Shown here one piece after another: positions 39,987 through 51,028 of a stretch of 64,000 bases of DNA; position 1 is the first letter of the stretch, and every line of letters starts with the position of its first letter. The notes beneath the pieces are model-generated. The model was not told where the DNA came from. It saw nothing but the letters and a program-made list of their open reading frames with translations, and searched no databases. The position numbers were made by a program, and so were the translations under genes. The DNA comes from Bacilli bacterium (GTDB taxonomy: Bacteria > Bacillota_I > Bacilli_A > ML615J-28 > CAG-698): NCBI GenBank assembly GCA_050953065.1, contig JBMNLZ010000003.1, positions 96,001 to 160,000 on the forward strand. Reading direction: 5' to 3'.

Positions 39987-41096
39987 TTATCTCCCTTCTT
40001 TTATTATCTTGCAAACCCTATCAACATTATCTAACTCTAAATCAGCATACATCGGAAGGCATAAGATATTATTTGTTATTTTAGATGCTACTAAAGTATC
40101 AGAGATTTTAAAACCTATTTTATATGCATTAAAATCACTTGTTAGAGGATAAAAATATTTTCTAGCATATATTTCGTTTTCTTTTAATAAATTAAAAACT
40201 TGATCTCTAGTCAATTTATAACTATCAAATAATACAGGAAAATAAGCATAGTTTTGAATTACATCTTCTTGTTTGAAATTTAGTCTTATTCCTTTTATTC
40301 CTCTTAAATTTTTTTCATATCTTTCAAAAACTTTTTTACGTTTTTTTATTTCATCACTTACTATTTCAAGATTGCATAACCCCATCGCTGCTCTAAACTC
40401 ATCTACTTTAGCATTTCCACCAATGTAATCTACTTCTTCTTGCGATACAATACCAAAATTTTTTAAAGATTCTAACCTTGTCTTTAACGAAGAATCATTA
40501 TAAGTTAAAGCTCCGCCCTCACCCGTATGAAACACTTTTGTAGCATGAAAACTAAACATCGAAATATCGCCATAAGTTGCAATACCTTTGTTTTTATATT
40601 TTACCCCAAAAGCATGGGCTGCATCATAAATCACTTTTAAATTATATTTTTTAGCAATTCTTTCAATTTCTTCCACATTGCAAACATTACCATAAACATG
40701 CACCGGCAATATCGCTATAGTTTTATCAGTTATTAAACTCTCAATTTTAGTCTCATCAATCGTATAGTCTGTTTCTTTAATATCACAAAAAATAGGAATA
40801 TTACCAGTTCTAACAATCGCATTAGTTGTAGAAACAAACGTAAAAGGCGTAGTAATAACTTCACCTTTTTTCCCCAAAACTTCTAAAGCATATTCTAACG
40901 CTATATGTCCATTAGAATAAAGCGATATAAAAGGCGTTTCAAGATATTCCTTTAATCCCTTTTCTAATTCCATATGAAAGGTGCCCATATTAGTTAAATG
41001 TTTAGTACTCCATAAAGTTTTGATTTTTTCTATATATTTTTCATAACTTGGTAAAGATGATTGTGTTACATTAATTCTTTTCATTTTTCTTCTCAC
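39987..41096 (-). CDS. DegT/DnrJ aminotransferase, VioA-like (dTDP-4-amino-4,6-dideoxyglucose)
   Basis: TPFTF, PVHVYG, YDAAHAFG, SFHATKVF..GEGG, RKYFYP. Likely start ATG at 41084. Confidence 0.85.
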   Translation of the reverse strand: MRRKMKRINVTQSSLPSYEKYIEKIKTLWSTKHLTNMGTFHMELEKGLKEYLETPFISLYSNGHIALEYALEVLGKKGEVITTPFTFVSTTNAIVRTGNIPIFCDIKETDYTIDETKIESLITDKTIAILPVHVYGNVCNVEEIERIAKKYNLKVIYDAAHAFGVKYKNKGIATYGDISMFSFHATKVFHTGEGGALTYNDSSLKTRLESLKNFGIVSQEEVDYIGGNAKVDEFRAAMGLCNLEIVSDEIKKRKKVFERYEKNLRGIKGIRLNFKQEDVIQNYAYFPVLFDSYKLTRDQVFNLLKENEIYARKYFYPLTSDFNAYKIGFKISDTLVASKITNNILCLPMYADLELDNVDRVCKIIKEGR

Positions 41097-41655
41097 TTAA
41101 ATATTTTTCTTCTAATAATAATAATTTTTTACTTCTTTCTTTCAAAACCCTTGCTGGTTGACCAATATTTACAGTCCAAGGAAGAGATGACTTATTAATA
41201 AAACTCATAGCACCAAAAGAACTTCCCTCTTCTAACACTACACCTGGTAAAACAACTGAACTAGCACCTATTAAAACATGTTTTTTTATGATTACTTCTT
41301 TAGAAATAATATTTTTATATTTGCTAGGAATGGTAGAATTAGTTAGATAATCTCCTAAATAGTCATCTGTAATAGCATAAACTGTAACTCTAGAAGATAA
41401 GCATGAAAAATCCTCCATTACTATTCCAGCATCGCCTGCAAACATCGCAGCATAAGCTGCAATATGAATGTTATTCCCTAAGTTGATTTTTCCACTTAAT
41501 AAGCAAAAATCATCTATTCTAACATTTGAACCAATCGATATTTTATCAGCTGAATAAATTCTAGCAAATCTACTTATTAATACATTTTCACCATATGATT
41601 TTAATCCTAGCGATTTTAATTCTTCTTTGCTTAAAAAACTATTCATCCATCTCAC
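41071..41655 (-). CDS. Hexapeptide-repeat acetyltransferase, VioB-like
   Basis: NVRIDDFC.LSG, DDYLGDYLTN, VLPGV; paired with the VioA-like gene. Confidence 0.8.
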   Translation of the reverse strand: MRWMNSFLSKEELKSLGLKSYGENVLISRFARIYSADKISIGSNVRIDDFCLLSGKINLGNNIHIAAYAAMFAGDAGIVMEDFSCLSSRVTVYAITDDYLGDYLTNSTIPSKYKNIISKEVIIKKHVLIGASSVVLPGVVLEEGSSFGAMSFINKSSLPWTVNIGQPARVLKERSKKLLLLEEKYLSEKKNEKN

Positions 41656-41680
41656 CTTTTCTAAAAAAATTTTCTAATAA

Positions 41681-42739
41681 TTACTTTCTTCTAATTTTAT
41701 TAACTAATCCTTGAAGCTTAAGAATGAATATTAACAATAATACTCTTTTTTTAGCCATTAAACGTCTAACTATTTTATATCTAATTATTTTTATATCAAT
41801 ATTGTTTACTATTTTTATAGTTATTTCATGATTTAAAATATCGCGAATTCGTTTTTTTATAATTTTTGTTTTTTCATAAGATAGGTACAATAAATAATCC
41901 ACAATCATTTTAAAATGAGCATAATTTATACTTCGACTATATTTATCGCATAAATTCCAACATTCCAACAAATCGTTAACTTTATCTTCAATATAAACTA
42001 TAGAATTAAAATAATTATCTAGTGCTTTTGAATATTTATAATCTTTTTTCTTTTTTACTTTTTTTCGTTTATTATTTAAACGAATATTGTAAAATGTATT
42101 AGCAATGATTTCTGCATTGTTAATGTGTTTAATATATTCTAAATTAAATAAAATATCTTGAGAGATTCTAAAATCTGGAAAAACCAACTGGTTTTCTTTA
42201 ATAATTGATGTTTTATAAAGTTTACTTATCGGACCATATAAAGAACCTTCTATATACATCTCAATAAGATGTTGATGTAGCAATTCTATATCATCAATGT
42301 TTTTTTTATGTATTGCTTCTTCTTTAACAAATTTTAAGTTGTTGAAATCATCGCCAACAATTTGAAATAATCTCATCCCACAAAAAACCATATCAGCTTT
42401 AGTATTATCAGCTTTTTGTATTAAAGCACTAACATAATTATTATCTATCCAATCATCTGCATCTATAAATAAAATATAATCACTTTTCGCTAGTTTTAAT
42501 CCTGTATTTCTAGCAATTGCAGTTCCCGAATTTTTTTGACTAATAACATTGATTCTTTTATCTTTTTTTTGATATTCTTCAAGTATTGGTAAAGTATTAT
42601 CTACAGATCCATCATTAACAACAATTACTTCAAAATTAGGTTCATCTTGATTTAAAATACTATCTAAACAAATTGAAATTGTTTCTTGATCATTAAATGT
42701 AGGAATTATGATGCTTACCTTCGTTAACTTTTCTTCCAT
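41681..42739 (-). CDS. Glycosyltransferase family 2
   Basis: SIIIPTFN, VNDGSVD, ARNTG, FIDADD. Confidence 0.92.
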   Translation of the reverse strand: MEEKLTKVSIIIPTFNDQETISICLDSILNQDEPNFEVIVVNDGSVDNTLPILEEYQKKDKRINVISQKNSGTAIARNTGLKLAKSDYILFIDADDWIDNNYVSALIQKADNTKADMVFCGMRLFQIVGDDFNNLKFVKEEAIHKKNIDDIELLHQHLIEMYIEGSLYGPISKLYKTSIIKENQLVFPDFRISQDILFNLEYIKHINNAEIIANTFYNIRLNNKRKKVKKKKDYKYSKALDNYFNSIVYIEDKVNDLLECWNLCDKYSRSINYAHFKMIVDYLLYLSYEKTKIIKKRIRDILNHEITIKIVNNIDIKIIRYKIVRRLMAKKRVLLLIFILKLQGLVNKIRRK

Positions 42740-44295
42740 AAATCGCTCCTTTTAAATTTCAAAATTCTAATTTTCTCTTCCTTTGTTAAAACAAAAATAA
42801 AACTTAATGCTACGTAAACTATACTGACAAGCATAATTTTAATTATCAAATTTTTAATCGAATATTCTTCAATTAGTTGTTTTATATATATACCAAAAAC
42901 TAACGTAACAGCCATTGGAATTACTGACCTCAAATGAACCTTTTTATAAAAATCAATCATATTAAAACCAATTATTTTATGATAAAAAATATTCATAATT
43001 ATCACTTGACCAATAAAATTTCCTCCAAAAATTGCAATTGATGCACCTAATGCCCCGTAATGAGGAATTAAAAAAACTGCTGAAGTTAGTGTTATCACTA
43101 ATGAAATTATTAGTGATAATGCATAATATTTTACTTTTTTTACCACCAACAAATAAGTATAAGCAATTCCATATGTATATGTAAAAAGTCCTGTAACTAC
43201 TAAAAAGAAACCAACTAAAGCCGCAGGCTCTAAGTCTTCACCAACCCATAAATTTACGAACTCTGGTCCTAACAAATAAAAGCCTAAGATTATTAGCCCC
43301 ATAAAGAATAGTTGGAACCTTCCAACCGCAATCATTGTTTGATTTATCTCTTCAGTCTTGCCATCAATATTTAATTTAGTAATTTTTGGCAAAAAAAGTC
43401 CATTCAGAGCATTAGAAAATGTCCAAATATACCCCTCTATAGATAGAGCTATTGTAAAAAGTGCAATTTCAGCGGTCCCAGAAAAAAAACCTAATAACGA
43501 AGGAACTATGTTATAAGTTAATCTCTGAGTCAAAAGTGCAACCATATTCCAACCTGAGAATATAATAATTGATTTATACATTTTTCTACTAACACGAACA
43601 AACTTAAATTCAAACAATTTATTTTTTAATATATAGATAAATTTTAACACTATGACTAAAGTCCCAGCAGCAATATATGCAAAAATTAAACCATATACAT
43701 CAAAATTAAAAACCAAAGCAATAGTTGTTATTATAATAATTGTTAATTTATTAATTAATTCAACAATTTTAATAAAAATAAATCTGCCATTTCCAATCAA
43801 AATACCATTAAACGGACTAAATAATATGTGATATGAACAAAACAATGCTGAAAAAACAAAAACTTTTTTAAATTTAACTAATTCTTCATAAGTCAATTCA
43901 GCATATATTTTATCTATATTAAAATATATAACCATTAAACTTAAAAAAATAAATATCGCAATCGCTAAAAATATTTTTGTTATGGCATTAAATAACTCTC
44001 TTAATTTTTCATCATTATTCTCAAGTCTGTATTTTGAAACATATCTAGATATAGTTTCACCTAATCCAAAATCAATTGAAAAAAAACTAATGATTGAAAG
44101 AGTTAAAGTATAGATAGCATAACTTGATTTTCCCACATTTGAAATAATCCATGGTAAATAAAAAACACCAAAAAGGATATTTAAAATAATTAAAAAATAT
44201 GAGAAAACAGCTGCTGCTTTTATTTTATTATTAGATTCTATATTACTAGATTCTATACTAGATTTAACTTTTGTATCCCTAATTGGTTCATCCAT
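42724..44295 (-). CDS. wzx: Polysaccharide flippase (Wzx/MOP family)
   Basis: Many TM helices, DFGLG, LIPHYGALGASIA; located in the polysaccharide locus. Confidence 0.85.
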   Translation of the reverse strand: MDEPIRDTKVKSSIESSNIESNNKIKAAAVFSYFLIILNILFGVFYLPWIISNVGKSSYAIYTLTLSIISFFSIDFGLGETISRYVSKYRLENNDEKLRELFNAITKIFLAIAIFIFLSLMVIYFNIDKIYAELTYEELVKFKKVFVFSALFCSYHILFSPFNGILIGNGRFIFIKIVELINKLTIIIITTIALVFNFDVYGLIFAYIAAGTLVIVLKFIYILKNKLFEFKFVRVSRKMYKSIIIFSGWNMVALLTQRLTYNIVPSLLGFFSGTAEIALFTIALSIEGYIWTFSNALNGLFLPKITKLNIDGKTEEINQTMIAVGRFQLFFMGLIILGFYLLGPEFVNLWVGEDLEPAALVGFFLVVTGLFTYTYGIAYTYLLVVKKVKYYALSLIISLVITLTSAVFLIPHYGALGASIAIFGGNFIGQVIIMNIFYHKIIGFNMIDFYKKVHLRSVIPMAVTLVFGIYIKQLIEEYSIKNLIIKIMLVSIVYVALSFIFVLTKEEKIRILKFKRSDLWKKS

Positions 44296-44300
44296 TTATT

Positions 44301-45311
44301 TCACGTCTCTTTTTTGTTTCTTTTTTTCTTTTTCAATTTACGCTTCAACCCTTTGAAGCCTTCATATCTTAATAATTTAAAAACTGTAATAACTTTTCGT
44401 CTAAAACTTATAAAAGGATGCCCAACACCAGTTATTTTTCTAGCTTTTTTCCCGTAACATTCATCTTCAATAACATATTCATTATGCTTTAAAGGAAACT
44501 CTAATTCATATGTTTTCATATAGTACATTCTTTGTACTTCTTTAGGCATAGTAATATAAGTATTTTCATGTTGCGATTCGTTAACACAACCAATATTTGA
44601 AATCATATTATATTTTGGAACAACCGAAACTCTATTATTTATAAATTTATCTAAACCAAAATAATATTCAAAGCCTGCTACATGGCCATCACTTACACTA
44701 TGCTTTACATAATTTATAACTCTTTTAAAGTTAGAACGAGGCATATTTTTCTTTAAACGTTTTAATAAATATTCGTTCTTACCATAACTATGCTCACGAT
44801 CAAAACTTAGATAAGTTCTTCTCCACAAGCCAAACCCCCAAATTGAAGTTTCTTTTGAGTAAAAATAGCTATCACTCAAATTCTTAGGATATATATCTAA
44901 AAAATTCATTCCAGATATTTGTTGGATTCTTTCATCATCTTTAAATTTTTCAAGAAGATCTTCCATAAAATAGAAAAATGATACACTAGGAACAACATCA
45001 TCTTCTAAAAAAATACATCTATCATATTCTTTAAAGACCTTATCCATTGAAGACCATAGCATCGTATATAAGCCTTGATTGGTTGTTTCATATATTTTAA
45101 TGACTCTGCATTCCCAATCAATTTCAGAAACAACCTTTCTACTTTCCATTACTTTGTCTTTTTCACCTTGCACAAAATCTCTTGGTGCATCTGAAACCAA
45201 AAACAAAACTTTAGGTTTAACCTTTTTCAAAACATCAAAAACTTTTTTTAAAGTATCTGGTCTTGAAAAAACAAATAATACTACTGGTACATTTAAGTTA
45301 TCTCTCTTCAA
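44301..45311 (-). CDS. GT-A fold glycosyltransferase (nucleotide-diphospho-sugar transferase)
   Basis: PVVLFVFSRP, SDAPR, IFLEDD, IWGFGLWRR, NMISNIG. Confidence 0.8.
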   Translation of the reverse strand: MKRDNLNVPVVLFVFSRPDTLKKVFDVLKKVKPKVLFLVSDAPRDFVQGEKDKVMESRKVVSEIDWECRVIKIYETTNQGLYTMLWSSMDKVFKEYDRCIFLEDDVVPSVSFFYFMEDLLEKFKDDERIQQISGMNFLDIYPKNLSDSYFYSKETSIWGFGLWRRTYLSFDREHSYGKNEYLLKRLKKNMPRSNFKRVINYVKHSVSDGHVAGFEYYFGLDKFINNRVSVVPKYNMISNIGCVNESQHENTYITMPKEVQRMYYMKTYELEFPLKHNEYVIEDECYGKKARKITGVGHPFISFRRKVITVFKLLRYEGFKGLKRKLKKKKRNKKET

Positions 45312-46491
45312 GACACACCTCTTTTTCTTCTAAAACTATATCATTATTAATAATTATATCTTTTGAGCTCATCATAAAAAACACAAAGCCAAAAACAATA
45401 ACCCAAACATTTCTATAAAAAATATCTTCAAAAGAACCATGCAAGAAAAGTAAAGCAAAAGCAACAAGCGCAACTCTATTAATTTGTTTGTTTTTTTGAC
45501 CCACTTTTTTATAAACTATAGTTAAAAAATAGCTCATAAAAATAAAGAATGCAAAGATTCCATACCCCCAAGCAAAACTTAAATATATATTGTGTGCACC
45601 TTGAGAAATATATAGAAAATTATCCATATCCAAATAGTGACTATTTAAAAATAAAGATATTTTGCTAGGTACCTGAATCCAAATATGTTCTCGATTTGTA
45701 AAAACTGTTCTTCCTAAAATAGTCACATTTGAAGAACCTAAAATTTTCCAAAGTGCTATATAAATAAGAGGTAAGAGAATCGGAAATAACATTCCTGTAA
45801 ATATTGTAGCTTGGCAAGCAAATTTATTTGTTTTTTTCTTTAGCAACATAAACAAAACTGATAGTCCAAAAATTATGGCTATGATAAACGATGTTCTTGA
45901 ACCTGTAAAATATAGAAAAATCATAGATAAAGCCAGTGAAATTAAGCCAATTATTTTAAATATAATTTTCTTTTCTGAAAGTAAGCATAAAACATTATTC
46001 ATAAGAACTAATAACATATATAAAGCAAAACTATTTTGATTTTCAAAACCAAACCTTAATTCGTTATTGCCAATTAAAGAAAAATTAGTAAGTAATTTAA
46101 TCAATAATATATATGGTAAAAAATAATATAATTTACTTAAATATCTCATTTCGGATATATTAATATCAGAGCGATAAGCTATATAAATCATTATAATCAA
46201 CGATATTATTGCTCCATACTCTGCAAAGTTGCCTCTAAGCATATCTAAATTAAAGCCTATTAATGCACCTATAAAAAAAATTAAGATAAAGATAAAGATT
46301 AGCAAAATTCTATCTTCATAAAGATTCTTATATGCAGTAATTATAAACCATATTACTAGCAGGATAAAGAGAATATCTAAAAATAGACTATAATAACTGT
46401 ATAAAGCAAAAGTATAAAATAAAAACATCAAAAATAATACGCAAAAGATAACTGAAAAGTAAATCTTAGAATTTAAAAATTTTTTATTCAT
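45298..46491 (-). CDS. Wzy polymerase / O-antigen ligase-like (Wzy_C) membrane protein
   Basis: Multiple TMs; N.NS, TGSRT, R..IW and AHN.YL motifs. Confidence 0.75.
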   Translation of the reverse strand: MNKKFLNSKIYFSVIFCVLFLMFLFYTFALYSYYSLFLDILFILLVIWFIITAYKNLYEDRILLIFIFILIFFIGALIGFNLDMLRGNFAEYGAIISLIIMIYIAYRSDINISEMRYLSKLYYFLPYILLIKLLTNFSLIGNNELRFGFENQNSFALYMLLVLMNNVLCLLSEKKIIFKIIGLISLALSMIFLYFTGSRTSFIIAIIFGLSVLFMLLKKKTNKFACQATIFTGMLFPILLPLIYIALWKILGSSNVTILGRTVFTNREHIWIQVPSKISLFLNSHYLDMDNFLYISQGAHNIYLSFAWGYGIFAFFIFMSYFLTIVYKKVGQKNKQINRVALVAFALLFLHGSFEDIFYRNVWVIVFGFVFFMMSSKDIIINNDIVLEEKEVCLEER

Positions 46492-46493
46492 AA

Positions 46494-47606
46494 TTAAGCC
46501 CTTTCCACAACCAGAGAATCATAATAATTTTGCAGTTCTTTAGATTGTTTGCTTATAGAGTAACCAGATTCTTCTACTTTTAATAAATCAACTAATCTAT
46601 CATACTTACGTGTTTCTAAAATTTTATCAACCCATAAGTCTAATTTAGCATTACTGATAAAATCAACTTTATCTAAAATGTTAACTTCAGAGGGAATATT
46701 ATTTGAAGCAATGCATTTTAAACCATTCACTTGGGCTTCAACTAATACAATCCCTAATCCTTCAAAATGAGAAGGTAAACAAAAAATATCAAAAATATTA
46801 TAATAATCATAAATATTCTTAACACCATCAATAAATAACACGTTGTTTTCAACATTTATTTTTTTAGAATACAGTTTTATTTTATTTTTTAAATGACCAT
46901 CTCCAATCATTATCAATAATGTATTATTATTTTTATTGCTAATTTTTTTTATAAGTTCAATTAAAAATTTATGATTTTTTTGATAATCAAACCTTCCTAT
47001 ATGGCCAATTACAAACTCATCTTCTATATTATATTTTTCTCTTATTTCTTTTCTTTTATCTTCATTAAAGACAAACTTCTCATAATCAATTGCGTTTGGG
47101 AAAATTTTAACTTCACCTTTTTTTATTTTCCTTTTTCCAAACATCCATTTACCTGCTGGCGAAGAACATGCCACATAATCAGTAGCATAAAATCTAATTA
47201 AAAATCTTGCAATTTCATTTAAAAACCATTTTAAGATATTATTGGTTAAATGTCTTGTATTATGGCTATGTGCAATTCGCACTTTAACTTTATGTTTTTT
47301 AGCAATTCTAAGTGCTATTACACCCATAGCATCCAAATGAGAGTGAACAATGTCATAATTACCTTTGGCAATTATTGTACTAATTTGTTTGTAATTACTG
47401 ATTGGATGCCTTCCTCTTGTGGGTACATTAAATATTTTCATGCCTTTTTTTATAATTTCTTGATCATACACTCCAGTTTCAAAGCCATCAATAACAAAAT
47501 CAATTTTAAATTTATTAGTATCAAAAAGTCTTATATTATTCATTATGAAGGATTCAATTCCGCCCAAGCTCATAGGGCCACCTACTAAATATAAAATTTT
47601 TATCAT
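46494..47606 (-). CDS. Glycosyltransferase family 4 (EpsF-like)
   Basis: GGIES, RIAHSHN, GHIGRF..QKNH, PSHFEGLGIVLVEAQ. Confidence 0.9.
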   Translation of the reverse strand: MIKILYLVGGPMSLGGIESFIMNNIRLFDTNKFKIDFVIDGFETGVYDQEIIKKGMKIFNVPTRGRHPISNYKQISTIIAKGNYDIVHSHLDAMGVIALRIAKKHKVKVRIAHSHNTRHLTNNILKWFLNEIARFLIRFYATDYVACSSPAGKWMFGKRKIKKGEVKIFPNAIDYEKFVFNEDKRKEIREKYNIEDEFVIGHIGRFDYQKNHKFLIELIKKISNKNNNTLLIMIGDGHLKNKIKLYSKKINVENNVLFIDGVKNIYDYYNIFDIFCLPSHFEGLGIVLVEAQVNGLKCIASNNIPSEVNILDKVDFISNAKLDLWVDKILETRKYDRLVDLLKVEESGYSISKQSKELQNYYDSLVVERA

Positions 47607-47671
47607 ATTTTTCTCCTAATTATTAAACTTTTTATAATACTAACAAATTTATCTTAATATTTTAATATTCA

Positions 47672-48664
47672 TTATTTATAATTTTTTTCAAAATTCCAAG
47701 CATCTCTTACCATGTCTTCAATTGTAAGTTCCGCTTTCCAACCTAATTCTTTAAAAGCTTTTGAAACATCAGCAAAACTTGTTGCAACATCCCCTTTTCT
47801 TCTTTCAACTATTTCATAAGGGATTTTAATATCATTTATTTTTTCAAAAGTATTAATTAATTCTAATACTGAAGTTCCTTTTCCAGTTCCAAGATTATAA
47901 ATACTAACTCCAGGCTTAATATTTTCTAAAGCTTTAATATGACCTTTAGCTAAATCCATTACATGTATATAATCTCTTACTCCAGTTCCATCAACCGTAT
48001 CATAGTCATTTCCAAACACTTTTAATAATTTTTGTTTTTTGCTAGCAACTTGTGTAATAAAAGGCATTAAATTATTTGGAACCCCGTTAGGAACCTCTCC
48101 AATCAATCCCGATGGATGTGCTCCCACTGGATTAAAATATCTAAGTAATGAAACACCTAATTTTGGGTATGCATATACTGCATCCATTAAGATTTTCTCA
48201 TTAATTGCTTTTGTTTCTCCATAAGGATTAGTCGTTTTACCAGTTTGCATATTTTCTTTTAAAGGACTTTTATTTTCACCATAAACTGTTGCGGATGAAG
48301 AAAAAACAAATTTTAAAACTTTATATTCTAAAGCACATTTAATTAAACAAATTGTACTAACAACATTGTTATAATAATATTCAAGTGGTTTAGAAATAGA
48401 TTCACCGACCGCCTTAAAACCAGCAAAATGAATTATTCCATCAAAATTATTTCTAGCAAAAATTTCCTTCATTTTAGCATCATCAGTAACATCTGCTTTA
48501 TAAAATTTAAAATCATCATTACTGATCTTTTTAAGTTTTTGTAAAACATCTAATTTAGAATTAGATAAATTATCAACTATTACAACCTCATGCCCTGCCT
48601 CTTTTAAAAGTAAGGCAGTATGAGAGCCAATATATCCCAACCCTCCAGTAACAAGTATTTGCAT
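47672..48664 (-). CDS. galE: UDP-glucose 4-epimerase
   Basis: TGGLGYIGSH, HFAGFKAVGES, NPYGETK, LRYFNPVGAH, DGTGVRDYIHV. Confidence 0.96.
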   Translation of the reverse strand: MQILVTGGLGYIGSHTALLLKEAGHEVVIVDNLSNSKLDVLQKLKKISNDDFKFYKADVTDDAKMKEIFARNNFDGIIHFAGFKAVGESISKPLEYYYNNVVSTICLIKCALEYKVLKFVFSSSATVYGENKSPLKENMQTGKTTNPYGETKAINEKILMDAVYAYPKLGVSLLRYFNPVGAHPSGLIGEVPNGVPNNLMPFITQVASKKQKLLKVFGNDYDTVDGTGVRDYIHVMDLAKGHIKALENIKPGVSIYNLGTGKGTSVLELINTFEKINDIKIPYEIVERRKGDVATSFADVSKAFKELGWKAELTIEDMVRDAWNFEKNYK

Positions 48665-48681
48665 AAACTACTTCTCCCTTA

Positions 48682-49878
48682 TTAGTTTTTATAAAGTTTA
48701 AAATATTCTTTAAACATCTTTTCTTTTGAATAGAGTGTTTTACCTAATAGTACACACTCATCTTTTTCTTTAAATATCTTTTCTTGTTTTTCTTTTAAAA
48801 TCAATTCTTTTATCTTTTTTATATCTCCATAAGGAACAAACTCTCCACATCCTTTTGGTGCTGTTTCTTTTGCACCACCTACATCATATCCAATAACAGG
48901 AGTCCCACATGCGATAGATTCTATACAAGTTGTTGGAAAATTTTCCTTTTCACTTAACATTACAAAAACATTAGCTAAAGAATAATACTTAGCAAGTTCT
49001 ATTTGATTAGCAGTTCTAGGTAAGGCAATAACATTATCTAGATTAACTTTTTCAGGTTCATCTAGGCCAATCATTATAAATTTAATATCTTTTTCTTTCA
49101 AACTTTCAGCTAATTTTAAAACTTCAGGTCCACCTTTTTCTTTACTCATCAAATTAGGTGCTACCGCCAAAACAATAAATTCATCTTTTAAATTGTGTTT
49201 TTCTTTTATTTCTTTCGTATCATATTCTTTAAAGATATTAACATCAATTCCATTATTAATTACTAACATCTTTTTATCTTTTAAAAAAGATGTTTTTACT
49301 CTTTCTAAAAGCCATTTAGAAGGAGTAACTATTGTTAAGTTGTCAAAACCTTCATACATCTTTATTTTTTGTTTATACATACGTTTAGTAAAATCAAAAA
49401 ATAAAGATTTAGGATATTCTTTTAATCTTGGACATTTAAAACATAATGCTTTAAATTTCTCGCATTCATATGCATGTCCGCACTTTCCTGTATACATAAA
49501 CTCACAATGAAAAGTATGAATTACTTTAATATTTTTTTTCTTTAAATACTTAATTAAAGGTTTTAAATTAACAAAATATGCATGTAGTTCATGAATATGA
49601 ACTACATCTGGTTTAATCCTTTTTATATATCTAATTAATCTAAAAGTAGAAAAAGGTGAATATATTCCAGTTAAACCCGTAAGCCTAGTCATTATCATAT
49701 GGAAAATAGTTTCTAAATCAAGACCAAATTTATAAATATTTTTTTCTTTAATTTTTGGTCCTCTTCCATAGGCAATGTGTGCTTCTATATTATTTTTATT
49801 TAATTCTTGATATAAATCATAAACAATTTTTCCAGTACTACTTCTTTTACAATTTACATCAATTAATAATACTTTCAT
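48682..49878 (-). CDS. Glycosyltransferase family 4 (WcaC-like)
   Basis: STGKI, HIHELH, TPSKWL, ENFPTTCIESIACGTPV. Confidence 0.88.
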   Translation of the reverse strand: MKVLLIDVNCKRSSTGKIVYDLYQELNKNNIEAHIAYGRGPKIKEKNIYKFGLDLETIFHMIMTRLTGLTGIYSPFSTFRLIRYIKRIKPDVVHIHELHAYFVNLKPLIKYLKKKNIKVIHTFHCEFMYTGKCGHAYECEKFKALCFKCPRLKEYPKSLFFDFTKRMYKQKIKMYEGFDNLTIVTPSKWLLERVKTSFLKDKKMLVINNGIDVNIFKEYDTKEIKEKHNLKDEFIVLAVAPNLMSKEKGGPEVLKLAESLKEKDIKFIMIGLDEPEKVNLDNVIALPRTANQIELAKYYSLANVFVMLSEKENFPTTCIESIACGTPVIGYDVGGAKETAPKGCGEFVPYGDIKKIKELILKEKQEKIFKEKDECVLLGKTLYSKEKMFKEYFKLYKN

Positions 49879-49891
49879 AATTTATTCCTTT

Positions 49892-51028
49892 TTATCTATA
49901 CTGTCTTTTTTCAATTCCTAAAAGCCTAGCTATCTTAACTGCCAAAGCAATTCTTTTAGCACTTGAAGCATAATCTTTATATGATTTGTTTTCGCCGTTC
50001 ATTAAAGTAATAAATTCATCTTTTGAAATGCCAAGTTTTAAAGCAATATATTCTAAATCTTTTAAAGCTTGCTCTTCACTATATGGAGGTTTTTTTAAGA
50101 TTTCTAAAGCATCACTTCTTTGAAGTTGATTTGTAAGAATCAAACTTGAAAAATGAGCTCTTCTTTTATCAAATCCAAATTTCTTAATTAACCAATAACC
50201 TTCATAAAATCTTGTAAAAATACTTTCATAATGTTTATTAGCATAAGGTTCCCAATTAAACTTTTCTTTTAAAGTTTTTATGGCATCCTCTTTTGTATAA
50301 GGAATTAAATCAAGCGGACGAAATACTTTCATTCCTTTAAAGAAACGATAATAAATCTTATATTTAAACATACTACATAAAGGTAGTTTTTTTAATTTTT
50401 TAGTTCCAAACCTTTTATGAATATCTTTGATTTGTTTTAAATCGTTTTGATAAACCCATTCGATAGGCTCTCTTACACACTCTGTAGAATAATTTCCACC
50501 AGTTAAAACATACTTAATTTTATGTTTAACAGCATAATTATAAAGTGATGCAAAAATTACATGATCTTGAGGAATGTCTTGATAAGGAACTTGTGATTTA
50601 AAAAAAGCAAGCTGTAAATCCTTCATTTCTTCAAAATCAACAGTTTCATGACAAATTTCTAATCCTAAGCCTTTGGCAATTTTTTCTACATTACTAATAG
50701 CTACATCTAAATTCCAACCCGTATCAACTGAATAAAGTAAGACTCTTAAGCCTAAAACTTCTTTAGCATAATATGCTAAATAAGAACTATCCACCCCACC
50801 ACTTATTCCTATAATACAATCATATTTTTTATGTCTTGTTTTTTTCTTTATTAAAGCAACTTGCTTTTCTAGTTTTGCTTTACCTACATCATCTGTACGC
50901 CAAGAAGGTAGGATATTTTCATAATAATTATGACAATGATCACACAGCCCTTTCTCATCAAATTTAATTTGTGAGTCAGTTGTATCCATTACACAATTAC
51001 TACAAACCTGATATTTTCTTTTTTCCAT
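49892..51028 (-). CDS. N-acetyl sugar amidotransferase (WbuX/WbpG-like)
   Basis: N-terminal CxxCVMDTTD...CxxC; PP-loop YDCIIGISGGVDSS; KHYES; GFDKRRAH. Confidence 0.88.
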   Translation of the reverse strand: MEKRKYQVCSNCVMDTTDSQIKFDEKGLCDHCHNYYENILPSWRTDDVGKAKLEKQVALIKKKTRHKKYDCIIGISGGVDSSYLAYYAKEVLGLRVLLYSVDTGWNLDVAISNVEKIAKGLGLEICHETVDFEEMKDLQLAFFKSQVPYQDIPQDHVIFASLYNYAVKHKIKYVLTGGNYSTECVREPIEWVYQNDLKQIKDIHKRFGTKKLKKLPLCSMFKYKIYYRFFKGMKVFRPLDLIPYTKEDAIKTLKEKFNWEPYANKHYESIFTRFYEGYWLIKKFGFDKRRAHFSSLILTNQLQRSDALEILKKPPYSEEQALKDLEYIALKLGISKDEFITLMNGENKSYKDYASSAKRIALAVKIARLLGIEKRQYR

